A DNA stretch of 64,000 nucleotides from an uncultured Candidatus Saccharibacteria bacterium (GTDB taxonomy: Bacteria > Patescibacteriota > Minisyncoccia > Phycocordibacterales > UBA6065), in the NCBI GenBank assembly GCA_964495425.1, contig CAZBVG010000004.1, positions 63,633-127,632 of the forward strand, written 5' to 3'. The position numbers and the translations under genes are program-made. The notes under the pieces are model-generated. The model did not search any database. It saw only the letters and a list, made by a program, of their open reading frames with translations, and was not told where the DNA came from. Below are positions 47,013-56,133 of this stretch, in pieces; within the stretch, counting starts at the first letter, position 1, and each line of letters starts with the position of its first letter.

Positions 47013-49403
47013 ATGAGATCTTTCGTTAAAACTATAGGTACGACCGCAGTCGCGATACTGTCGCTTTTTACAGCTACAGTTGCTTATGCTGATGTAAATA
47101 CCTATGTTTTGACGGACCACAAGGTTGAGTCAGGTACAACTGCTCGAGTGGATGAATGGGGTATTTGTTTTGATGTAACAAATGGAATTCAGAATCCTCC
47201 AATTCATATTCCTACAAAAACTGCTGCAGAGTGGGCATCATTTTATAACAATACACCACCATATGTATCACTCGCGCCTTGTGGAGGAACAGTGCAAGGA
47301 TGTACTGATACAACTGCAACAAATTATAATCCGTCTGCGACAGCAAATGACGGTTCTTGTACATATGCGCCCGCCTGTAATTCTAATGCGGGAAACATTT
47401 GTTTTTCTACACCAAACGTCTGTGGGCAGTCGAATCCTGGTGTAATTGATTGTGGTGGAGTATGTAACGCGATCACACCGCCAAATAGTAACTGTATAAC
47501 TGTTGTTGAGGGCTGTACTGATGCAAGTGCCACAAATTATAATCCAAATGCCAATGTAGATAACGGGTCCTGTGTCTACCCAGTAGGTTGTGATACGAAT
47601 GCTGGAAATAGCTGTGTCTCAGGCGCAAATGTATGCGGGCAGACTGGTTCAGGTGTTATTCAGTGTAATGGTACGTGTAGCGCGGTAACACCACCGAATT
47701 CGAATTGTCCCATGACTGTTTATGGTTGTACTGATCCGGCTGCAAATAATCACAATCCGAATGCGAACTTCGATGATGGTTCTTGTACTTACAATCCGGT
47801 TTGTGTTTCAAATGTAAATCAAGCATGTACGTCTAGTACCAATGCGTGTGGAGACAGTGGAGTTGGAACAATTCAATGTGATGGATCATGTAGCGCAACT
47901 GTTCCCTCAGTTCCTTCGAATTTAGGCGCTTCATGTAATTCAGGAGGTAACAATTGTGGTGATGTGAACGTTGGCTCAATTCAATGTGATGGTAGCTGTA
48001 GTGCAAGCCAACCGGCAGATAGAGCATCATGTTCAACATGTCCATCTGCAGGTCAACCATGTCAGTCTGCATCAAACGCGTGTGGAGATACTGCTTCAGG
48101 CACTGTTGATGGGGGATCTTGTACGTGTAATGCGGTTCCGCCAGTCACCGCTTCAAATTTTGGAGATTCATGTACTTCTGCTGCAAACGCTTGTGGGGCA
48201 ACTTCTGCGGGTACAATTCAATGTGACGGTTCATGTTCTGCAAGTATTCCTGCTAATCCAGCAAATCTCGGGGCGCCGTGCTCTACAAGCCCAAATGCCT
48301 GTGGTGCAGTAGGTGCGGGTACAATTCAATGTGACGGTTCATGTTCTGCGGGAATGCCATCTCTTCCAGCATCATATGGAAACACATGTACTTCAGGTGC
48401 AAACAATTGTGGTGCAACAGGGTCGGGCACAATAGGTTGTAGTGGTTCCTGCTCAGCAACTACACCCGCTGATGTTCCAAATGTAGGAGGGGGTTGTATG
48501 TCAGGACCAAATAATTGTGGAGATCGGGGTTCGGGTGCTATGCAATGCGATGGATCATGTAGTGCAACACAGCCTGGAGATATTAGTGGTATAGGAGGAA
48601 TTTGTTATTCAGGTGCAAATAATTGCGGTGATGTGAATACAGGTACGATGCAATGTGGTGGTTGTGATGCAGTAACGCCAGCAAATCGAACCTGTGGACC
48701 AATGGCAGTTTCTGGTTGTACGGATCCAATGGCGGACAACTACGATTCAAATGCAACAACAGATGACGGATCATGCCAAAGAACTGGTTGTACAGATCCA
48801 ATGGCGGACAACTATGATCCAAATGCAACGGGTGGTGGTGCATGTACCTATTCGATTAATTATGGTTGTACAGACCCTGGTGCAGATAATTATGATCCAT
48901 TTGCTGATGCGGATGATGGATCATGTACATATCCTTCAGCATGTGTACCTCAAGTTTGTAATGGTGCGGCATACTGGGACAGCGGATCGTGCTCATGTGC
49001 ATGCGCACCGTTCTACCATGAGGAAAATGGAGATTGTGTAGCGGATCCTATGGATCCATGTGTGAGTGACCCGTGGCTTGTTGGCTGTAGTGGTGATCCG
49101 TGTCTACTAGACCCAACTTTCCCAGGATGTTCTGATCCATGTGAACTGGACCCAGGTTACCCTGGTTGTCAGCCAATTGATCCTTGTACTCAAGATCCAA
49201 GCTCGCCAGCATGTAATCCTTGCGGTTTTGATGAAGTAAGACAGCCAGATGGTTCATGTGCAGTTGACTGTGATGCGCATCCGGCAAGTTGTATACAGTC
49301 GTGCGTCGCAGGGGATGAAGAGTGTCTTTGTAGGAATGCAGGAAAATCATGGGATGGGTATAGTTGTTGCGAAAACCTAGATGGATACGGGTATTGTATG
49401 TAA
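47013..49403 (+). CDS. Large secreted cysteine-rich tandem-repeat protein
   Basis: Signal peptide. About 6 copies of GCTD-x-x-A-x-NY(N/D)-P-x-A-x-x-DDGSC-x-Y, and about 11 copies of a ~35-aa unit C-x-S-x-x-N-x-CG-x-x-x-x-G-[TS]-[IM]-QCDGSCSA. Cys-dense C-terminus. Confidence 0.6.
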   Translation: MRSFVKTIGTTAVAILSLFTATVAYADVNTYVLTDHKVESGTTARVDEWGICFDVTNGIQNPPIHIPTKTAAEWASFYNNTPPYVSLAPCGGTVQGCTDTTATNYNPSATANDGSCTYAPACNSNAGNICFSTPNVCGQSNPGVIDCGGVCNAITPPNSNCITVVEGCTDASATNYNPNANVDNGSCVYPVGCDTNAGNSCVSGANVCGQTGSGVIQCNGTCSAVTPPNSNCPMTVYGCTDPAANNHNPNANFDDGSCTYNPVCVSNVNQACTSSTNACGDSGVGTIQCDGSCSATVPSVPSNLGASCNSGGNNCGDVNVGSIQCDGSCSASQPADRASCSTCPSAGQPCQSASNACGDTASGTVDGGSCTCNAVPPVTASNFGDSCTSAANACGATSAGTIQCDGSCSASIPANPANLGAPCSTSPNACGAVGAGTIQCDGSCSAGMPSLPASYGNTCTSGANNCGATGSGTIGCSGSCSATTPADVPNVGGGCMSGPNNCGDRGSGAMQCDGSCSATQPGDISGIGGICYSGANNCGDVNTGTMQCGGCDAVTPANRTCGPMAVSGCTDPMADNYDSNATTDDGSCQRTGCTDPMADNYDPNATGGGACTYSINYGCTDPGADNYDPFADADDGSCTYPSACVPQVCNGAAYWDSGSCSCACAPFYHEENGDCVADPMDPCVSDPWLVGCSGDPCLLDPTFPGCSDPCELDPGYPGCQPIDPCTQDPSSPACNPCGFDEVRQPDGSCAVDCDAHPASCIQSCVAGDEECLCRNAGKSWDGYSCCENLDGYGYCM
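48199..48345. repeat. Intragenic near-perfect direct DNA repeat (~38 bp units ~106 bp apart)
   Basis: gcgggtacaattcaatgtgacggttcatgttctgc occurs at 48202-48236 and again at 48308-48342. Confidence 0.7.
48715..48850. repeat. Intragenic tandem DNA repeat (~46 bp units, ~75 bp period)
   Basis: tgtacagatccaatggcggacaactacgat... at 48717 and tgtacagatccaatggcggacaactatgat... at 48792. Confidence 0.7.
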
Positions 49404-49431
49404 CGCTCACCGGTAAGAACATTAGAGTATT

Positions 49432-50883
49432 ATGAGAAGTATTAAATATTGGTCACTCTGTGTCTTGTGCGGAATTGCTTTAATTTTCTCATTATATAAA
49501 CTAGGCGATCAATCACTTTGGATTGATGAGGGTTATTCAATTAATGCAGCTGAAGGCATTCAGGAGCATGGTTTACCAGTACTAGGTTCGGGAAAGACCT
49601 ATGTTAAAGGAATTGCCTCTACCTATTTAATGGCCTTAAGCATGTCGATGTTCGGTTTTGAGGCGACGAATCCTTGGTCAGCACGATTGCCTTCAGCGAT
49701 GTTTTGGCTAATGACAATTGTAGCGATGTATTTTGTGTCAAAAAGATTTTTTGGCTCAAATACCATCGCTTTTTTGTCATCAGCAATGTTAACTTTTTTA
49801 TCGTGGGAGATAGCGTGGGCAAGGCAGGCGAGGGGATACATAGGCATGCAATTTTTTTCACTCGTGTCATTCTTTTTCTTGTATATGTGGTTTAAGGAAA
49901 GAAAGCACAAAAGTCTTTATCTTTGTTTTATCTTTTTAGGAGTTTCAATACTGTTCCATCCATCATCGGCGGTACTTATATTGCCTATGACCGGAAGCGT
50001 GATATTTGATGTGTTGAAAAGGAGAGAGGAAAGGGTGGGGCCTGCAGTATTAGCAGTCGCGGTATTGTTGATTACAGCTATATTTTTTTATGAATTTCTA
50101 TCAATTCAATTTGTAATAAGATATTCACCATCTTATTTTATTGCGATTAAGGAAAATATATTAGGGCTTTCTATTTTGGCGCTCGCAGCACCTTTTTTAC
50201 TGGCCGTAGATACAATAAACAAAAAGAAGATTTTTTTACTTGCACTTCTAGTTTTGATACCTATTTGTTTTTTGTCTTTTTATCATTATTCAACGCAACA
50301 ACGGTACTTATTCGTGCTCCTTCCGTATATTGTGCTCTTGTCAGCATTTGCTGCGGTAAGAATTTCCAAAATAGTTTTTCGGGGCAGAGCCGGGCTTGTT
50401 ATTTTGGGTGCAATTATTTTGGTTTCAGTAATCAGCTTTGATTCTTTCACTTTTTACCCACATGCGTTTTATTATGTGGAAAAGCGCTCACCGCAGCCAA
50501 ATTTTAAAGAAGCATATTTACTTATTAAAGAAAGACGAACGGGGGAAGATATTGTTGTATCTTCATACACACACCTTTCCCAAATTTATTTGAGAGATAA
50601 GGGGTATTGGTGGCCAATTGCTTTAACAACCAATAAAGACGAAATAATTCGTAATTCAATTGATGAAGTTGATTATTATACTGGCGCGCCCAAAATTAAT
50701 GGGATCGATGAACTAAAACTCCTTTTAGATAAAAATTCAGGATATATAGTATTTGATGGCTTATCGTGGATTCGATCTGGAAAAAAGGTGGCGGAGTTAA
50801 TTCGTTCCTTGAAATTAGAGTTGGTATATCACACAGGTATAAAACTAGATGAAATTTGGGTTTATAGATTTGTAAAAAAATAA
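49432..50883 (+). CDS. GT-C fold glycosyltransferase (PMT/ArnT/GT83-like)
   Basis: 483 aa polytopic protein. The first periplasmic loop has LWIDEGYS, with the DE motif typical of PMT_2/ArnT-family polyprenol-P-sugar-dependent transferases. Confidence 0.65.
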   Translation: MRSIKYWSLCVLCGIALIFSLYKLGDQSLWIDEGYSINAAEGIQEHGLPVLGSGKTYVKGIASTYLMALSMSMFGFEATNPWSARLPSAMFWLMTIVAMYFVSKRFFGSNTIAFLSSAMLTFLSWEIAWARQARGYIGMQFFSLVSFFFLYMWFKERKHKSLYLCFIFLGVSILFHPSSAVLILPMTGSVIFDVLKRREERVGPAVLAVAVLLITAIFFYEFLSIQFVIRYSPSYFIAIKENILGLSILALAAPFLLAVDTINKKKIFLLALLVLIPICFLSFYHYSTQQRYLFVLLPYIVLLSAFAAVRISKIVFRGRAGLVILGAIILVSVISFDSFTFYPHAFYYVEKRSPQPNFKEAYLLIKERRTGEDIVVSSYTHLSQIYLRDKGYWWPIALTTNKDEIIRNSIDEVDYYTGAPKINGIDELKLLLDKNSGYIVFDGLSWIRSGKKVAELIRSLKLELVYHTGIKLDEIWVYRFVKK

Positions 50884-50913
50884 AAAGTGACTCATTTCTG
50901 AGTCACTCGAATA
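50884..50913. terminator. Bidirectional terminator
   Basis: gtgactcatttctgagtcac hairpin. Confidence 0.55.
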
Positions 50914-51870
50914 TTATTCGTGGTTCGCAACGGCAACTGTTTGTCCTTGCTTGATGGGAGTCATGGGCAATCGTGCCACGACTAGTCGCACCAATTTCGA
51001 GGCCATTTTTGGATCATGGGCCTCAAGATAGGGCGTCTTGCCGTCCACTTTTACCTGGAATTCTGCAATTTCATCATCGGTAGCGAGCCTCCAGCCAGGC
51101 ATAAGCTTTTGACCATCTTCCAGTGCACGGAGTACAGCATCTTTTTCAATGCCGAAATAACCATACATGAAATTTGCGTCATGCATACTAACACCTGGAG
51201 AAGATGGGATGAATCCCACATGTCGTGTATCGAGGCTTCGAATCACGTACTGCTGATAACCAGGATAACTGCGCTGCTCACCGAAAGTCTCAAAAAACTT
51301 TTGACGGTAGTAGTCAGATGCAATTTTGTATCCTGTACCCATGAAAGCCTTGAGTTTTTCAGGGAGCTTTTCAGGTGGTACGGTCGAATATAGAAGATAA
51401 TACCGAGCATTATCTAGATCCAGGTACTTGTCGCTTATGCGGACCAGCCGTTCAGTTACTGTCTTGGGGATCAAGGCAGATGCTGACGTGGTCTTATTAA
51501 CCGGAGTGGTAACGTAAGAGGTCACGTTACTGAACTTCGGCAACTCGCCGACTTCAGCGATGAATTTCTCCATCTCTTCGTCGGTAGCGATGCGATAGGG
51601 AACGCCTCGATTGCTGATGGCAGCGATGAACGCTTCCTTGCTCATGTCCGTGTAGACATGATTGAAACGAACACCGTCGATGACTGTATAGCGTGACGTG
51701 GGGACGATATTGGTGCCGGCGGCGCTGCGCAAGGGGATCTTGCTCAGGGCAGGAGTAACCGAATCCATCTTCTTTACCGAAGGGGCTGTCGAGCAGCCAC
51801 CGAAGGTGAACATCACACTAACGAACGCCAGAAGGCGGAAGAGTAGACTGAAGAGTCTATTCGTTTTCAT
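50914..51870 (-). CDS. Putative lipoprotein
   Basis: Signal peptide with a lipobox-like FTFGGC. Confidence 0.45.
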   Translation of the reverse strand: MKTNRLFSLLFRLLAFVSVMFTFGGCSTAPSVKKMDSVTPALSKIPLRSAAGTNIVPTSRYTVIDGVRFNHVYTDMSKEAFIAAISNRGVPYRIATDEEMEKFIAEVGELPKFSNVTSYVTTPVNKTTSASALIPKTVTERLVRISDKYLDLDNARYYLLYSTVPPEKLPEKLKAFMGTGYKIASDYYRQKFFETFGEQRSYPGYQQYVIRSLDTRHVGFIPSSPGVSMHDANFMYGYFGIEKDAVLRALEDGQKLMPGWRLATDDEIAEFQVKVDGKTPYLEAHDPKMASKLVRLVVARLPMTPIKQGQTVAVANHE

Positions 51871-52017
51871 TGGTATGAAAGGATTTGAGGTTTTGTACGA
51901 AAAGACAAAGTCCTTTCATACGTGGGATACAAGGAAAATCTGTGTCGTCGTGACAAAGAACCTGTACTAACTATATGGTATACCTGACAATTTTATTGTC
52001 AAATAGGCAAATTTTGC

Positions 52018-52311
52018 CTAGGGAGATTTTGTTCGGTTTTTCTTGATTAGATGAATATTGTAGATTGCGAGAAAAAGGGGAAAAACATTGGTTAAAACAC
52101 CAATATAGTCTCCTCGACCGAATGTAAAATAGAGAAGAAGAAGGAGGCTTCCTGTTAGACTCACATACCAGAATCGGGCAGTGAGTATACTATTTTTCGC
52201 TTTTCTTGACTCGAGTGTCTGTAATAGCCATCGTGACGTAAAAATGAGGAATCCGCAGATTCCAATAATATGCCATATGGTAGGTACTTCCGTACTTAAT
52301 ATGTTATTCAT
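52018..52311 (-). CDS. Lipid-A-disaccharide synthase N-terminal domain-like (LAB_N) small membrane protein
   Basis: 97 aa with three TM helices. Its start overlaps the upstream GT2 stop (8-bp overlap). This is the usual GT2 partner arrangement. Confidence 0.5.
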   Translation of the reverse strand: MNNILSTEVPTIWHIIGICGFLIFTSRWLLQTLESRKAKNSILTARFWYVSLTGSLLLLLYFTFGRGDYIGVLTNVFPLFLAIYNIHLIKKNRTKSP

Positions 52312-52963
52312 GGTGTGTATGTTTCATCAATCGTCTTACAGTATATAGATCCCGTATGCCGTGAAGAGCCCTTTTACTAATTGTGTACTTTGTTTTACCT
52401 CCGATTCTTTTTCGTGTGCTCAGTAGGACTTCTTTGCCCGAAAGTTTCTTTGCTTCTAGCAAACTGGGTATGAATCGATGCATTCCATCAAATAGATGAA
52501 GGTGTGCTAAGTGATGTTTTCGAATGAGCTTCATCGCACCGGTATCTCGAGCGCTATCCAGTGTAAATAATCTTCTTGTCCAGTTTGCAATTCTTGAAGC
52601 GGCTCGATTTATCACACTCCGTTTACGATTGATCCTAAACCCACACACAAAGTCCGCTGTTTTTGCCGCATCGATAAGTTTGCAAATATCTCGGGGGTCA
52701 CATTCACCGTCACCATCCATGAGTATACATAATTCGTTGGCGGCATTCTGTATGCCGTGCCATGTAGCATGGCTTTGTCCATTACGGGTATCAAATGCAA
52801 TAAGGCACACATTTTTTGTCCTCACTATTTCACGACTTTTATCCGTACTTCCATCATCCACCACAATAATTTCAGCCTCAGGGTGATATTTCTGTAATTC
52901 ATCAAGCACAAACCCGATGCTCTCCTCCTCGTTGTAGACCGGAATAATAATAGAAAAGCTCAT
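52304..52963 (-). CDS. GT2 family glycosyltransferase (polyprenol-phosphate sugar synthase, DPM1/ArnC-like)
   Basis: FSIIIPVYNEEESI ... VVDDGSTDKS and a DGD motif. Confidence 0.85.
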   Translation of the reverse strand: MSFSIIIPVYNEEESIGFVLDELQKYHPEAEIIVVDDGSTDKSREIVRTKNVCLIAFDTRNGQSHATWHGIQNAANELCILMDGDGECDPRDICKLIDAAKTADFVCGFRINRKRSVINRAASRIANWTRRLFTLDSARDTGAMKLIRKHHLAHLHLFDGMHRFIPSLLEAKKLSGKEVLLSTRKRIGGKTKYTISKRALHGIRDLYTVRRLMKHTHHE

Positions 52964-53045
52964 AGGTACTCATTCTAGCGCTTTTACGCCCAACAAAAAA
53001 CTCTCAAAAGAGAGTTTTTTGAAAGCATAGTATGAACCTTACGCT

Positions 53046-53765
53046 CTATTTTCCAAGAGCAGCTTTGAGGGAATTCTCGAGGGAGTCAGCTGATACTGCG
53101 CCGCCTACAACCGTATTGCCTTTCGCGGTCACGATAACTGAGTATGGGGTACCTTTTGCGCCAGCTGCAATACCTGACTGATATTGTTCTTCAACTTTCT
53201 TTGCATACTTACCACTGTCGAGACATGTCTGGAACTTTGCGCGATCTAGACCGATATACGCCGCGATATTTCCAAGCTCTGTTGGTTCTAGGCGGTTGTT
53301 AGCAGGGGTAATTTCAAAGAGTCGATCAGTGTACTTCCAGAAGGCATCGTTGCCGCCAAGTTCTGCTGCGCACTCGGTTGCTTCAGCTTCTTTTCGTGCT
53401 TTTGAGTGAAGCGCATCAAGAGGGAAGTGTCGATATACCCATGCAACCTCGCTACCGCTGTATTTAGAAACAACAGATTTTACGGTTGCGTGGAACTGCT
53501 TACAGAATGGGCATTCAAGATCTGAATACTCAAAGATCACTGCTTTTGCATTCGCATTGCCTCGAATATGATCGGTTGATGTTATCGCACCAACTTTTAC
53601 GGCAGAAGGGGCAGCTGCGGCAGTTGGTGTTCCTGCTGCGGCAACAGGAACTGCGGTGCGGACACCTCCTACATTGCTAAGTCCGAAATAGAGTCCGCCA
53701 CCGATAAAGAGCCCAGCGAGAGCAATTGATACCGGAAGCGTGAGCCAATCCATTTTTTGATCCAT
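53046..53765 (-). CDS. DsbA-like thiol:disulfide oxidoreductase, membrane-anchored
   Basis: N-terminal TM, and a CPFC active site within a thioredoxin-fold context. Confidence 0.75.
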   Translation of the reverse strand: MDQKMDWLTLPVSIALAGLFIGGGLYFGLSNVGGVRTAVPVAAAGTPTAAAAPSAVKVGAITSTDHIRGNANAKAVIFEYSDLECPFCKQFHATVKSVVSKYSGSEVAWVYRHFPLDALHSKARKEAEATECAAELGGNDAFWKYTDRLFEITPANNRLEPTELGNIAAYIGLDRAKFQTCLDSGKYAKKVEEQYQSGIAAGAKGTPYSVIVTAKGNTVVGGAVSADSLENSLKAALGK

Positions 53766-53836
53766 AATATATGCTTAATTGAAAGGATAACTCGAACATT
53801 GTATCACGCAGCCACTATTTTTGTTATGCTTTACAC

Positions 53837-54292
53837 ATGACTAATCGTGCGATGAAAAGTAGGTCAAAGCGCGCTCGACCTTTTAAGATCTTTATACGAA
53901 TCCTCTCGGCTATTTTACTAGTCTCGGTGATGTATGGGGTGCTTTCTCTCGTGCTACGGCCAAACCCGATGCCACAGGTGGCGCCTAAACCCGTCGCTAC
54001 GGTTTTTATGAATAAAAACGGTATCATTCCTGCTGAAATTATCCTTAAAAAAGGGCAGTCGGTTGAATTTATCAACAATTCGCCGGGTACATGTTCGGCG
54101 GGGGACGCATCATGTAACGTGTGGCCAGCTTCTGACCCTGAGCCATCTCATGCCAATTACCCTGAATTTGATCCTAAAAAGCCTATTGCACCGGCAAAAT
54201 CATGGATCTTTGTCTTTAACAAGGTGGGGAATTGGGGTTTTCATGATCATTTGTGGCCAAAGAACAAGGGGGTTATTCGCGTTATAGAATAA
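53837..54292 (+). CDS. Membrane-anchored hypothetical protein
   Basis: 151 aa with an N-terminal TM and a Cys/His-containing C-domain. No family assigned. Confidence 0.4.
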   Translation: MTNRAMKSRSKRARPFKIFIRILSAILLVSVMYGVLSLVLRPNPMPQVAPKPVATVFMNKNGIIPAEIILKKGQSVEFINNSPGTCSAGDASCNVWPASDPEPSHANYPEFDPKKPIAPAKSWIFVFNKVGNWGFHDHLWPKNKGVIRVIE

Positions 54293-54326
54293 TGCGCTAT
54301 AATTAATGAGATTTTAAGAGATCTCT

Positions 54327-56075
54327 ATGTACATCGAAGAGCAACAACTCAAAACATTCATCGCGGACTCCGGCTTAGTATCAAAAAAGGATATTGCGGA
54401 TGCAGAAAAGGAAGCGCGTGCCAAGAAAACTGGTCTTGGTGAAATTCTCGTCTCAAAAGGCAAACTCTCCGAGGATGATCTTCGCAAAACGCAGGCATAT
54501 GTTTTGGGAATTCCATTCGTGGATCTCAAAGGCCAAAAGATTGATTTTTCTGTGCTCTCACTTGTGCCTGAACCTATCGCACGAAGTCACAATATAGTCG
54601 CGTTCAAGAAAAATTCTGACACGCTTGAAGTTGCCATGCTCGATACTGATGACCTTCACGCTATCGACTTCATCAAAAAGAAGGTAGGTTTGCGCATCGT
54701 ACCGCGTCTTACCGACTCTGATTCAATCAAGTCGGTACTCTTGCAGTATCAAAAGAGCCTCAAAGCCGAATTCGGTGACCTTATCAAGCAGGAAACTGCT
54801 ACATTGAAGGCTCTCTCAGAAGAAATTGGCGATAAGGCAAGCGGCAGTGACCTCAAAAAGATGGCCGAAGACCTGCCGGTAATTCGTGTTGTCGACACTC
54901 TCTTGAAACACGCGATTATTCAAGGTGCTTCTGACGTTCATATCGAGCCAATGGAAAAAGAACTTCTTGTTCGATATCGAATTGACGGTTTGCTCCATGA
55001 TGCGATGGTGCTTCCTAAAGAAGCGGAAACATCTATCACCGCTCGTATCAAAGTGCTTTCTAATCTCAAGCTCGATGAAAAGCGTTTACCACAAGACGGT
55101 CGATTCAAAGTTGAGATGAATGACGAAAAAGTGTCGCTTCGTGTGTCGATTCTTCCCACATTTTATGGAGAAAAGACTGTTATGCGACTTTTGCGAGAAT
55201 CGGTTTCAGGATTTAGCCTCGAGCATCTCGGTTTCCATGGGGAAGCGCTTGAGCGAATTCATGCTGCTACCAAGCTTGCAACTGGAATGATTCTTGCGAC
55301 AGGTCCGACGGGATCCGGTAAATCAACTACACTCTATACCGTGCTCGATATTTTAAATACGCCTGACGTAAACATTTCTACGGTAGAGGATCCGGTTGAA
55401 TACCAGATGCCGCGAGTAAATCAGACGGCGGTTCGTCCTGATATTGGCTTTACGTTCGCGGTTGGACTTCGAACACTCGTGCGACAAGACCCGGACATTA
55501 TCATGGTGGGAGAAATTCGAGACAACGAGACGGCGGCGCTTGCTGTGAACGCTGCACTTACCGGTCACTTGGTGCTTTCTACACTCCACACCAACTCTGC
55601 AGCAGGTGCAATGCCACGTCTTCTTGATATGAAGATCGAACCGTTCCTCCTCGTCTCAACACTCTCGGTGGTAATTGGTCAAAGACTCGTGCGACGCCTC
55701 ACTGAATCTCGCGAGAGACGCCCTCTTACTAAACCCGAACTCGCTGCGCTTGGAAAAGTTGTTGATCTCGATCGAATGCTCGGTATTTTGCGAGACGAAA
55801 AGGCTATTGGTCCAAAGGATGATTGGGACAAGGTTATGTTCGGTGTTCCAAAAGTCACTCCAGAAAGTGATGGATATAAAGGGCGAGTTGGTATTCATGA
55901 AGTACTTAAAATGTCTCCTGCAATTAAGGATCTCATCATGAAAGGTGCAACTTCGGGTGCTATAGAAGAGCAGGCAAAACGAGAGGGAATGATCACCATG
56001 CTTGAGGACGGTATATACAATGCTGCTCAGGGCTACACAACTATTGAAGAAGTGCTGCGCGTCGTTACCGAATAG
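54327..56075 (+). CDS. pilB: Type IV pilus assembly / type II secretion ATPase PilB/GspE family
   Basis: N-terminal GSPII_E_N-like domain, Walker A GPTGSGKSTTL, and Asp and His boxes. Confidence 0.85.
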   Translation: MYIEEQQLKTFIADSGLVSKKDIADAEKEARAKKTGLGEILVSKGKLSEDDLRKTQAYVLGIPFVDLKGQKIDFSVLSLVPEPIARSHNIVAFKKNSDTLEVAMLDTDDLHAIDFIKKKVGLRIVPRLTDSDSIKSVLLQYQKSLKAEFGDLIKQETATLKALSEEIGDKASGSDLKKMAEDLPVIRVVDTLLKHAIIQGASDVHIEPMEKELLVRYRIDGLLHDAMVLPKEAETSITARIKVLSNLKLDEKRLPQDGRFKVEMNDEKVSLRVSILPTFYGEKTVMRLLRESVSGFSLEHLGFHGEALERIHAATKLATGMILATGPTGSGKSTTLYTVLDILNTPDVNISTVEDPVEYQMPRVNQTAVRPDIGFTFAVGLRTLVRQDPDIIMVGEIRDNETAALAVNAALTGHLVLSTLHTNSAAGAMPRLLDMKIEPFLLVSTLSVVIGQRLVRRLTESRERRPLTKPELAALGKVVDLDRMLGILRDEKAIGPKDDWDKVMFGVPKVTPESDGYKGRVGIHEVLKMSPAIKDLIMKGATSGAIEEQAKREGMITMLEDGIYNAAQGYTTIEEVLRVVTE

Positions 56076-56133
56076 CTGCAAAATACAAAAGAGCCTCGCG
56101 AGAGGCTCTTTTGTATGTGTACATAACCTACGG
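56076..56133. terminator. Bidirectional terminator between pilB and the SIMPL gene
   Basis: aaaagagcctcgcgagaggctctttt. Confidence 0.6.

Noticed and set aside
47182-49041. Multiple 80-115 aa ORFs on both strands within 47013-49403 (e.g. 47182-47445, 47971-48312, 48694-49041)
   Set aside because: These are artefacts of the repetitive Cys-rich gene. The His/Gln-rich translations are out of frame with a clearly coding, signal-peptide-bearing long ORF.
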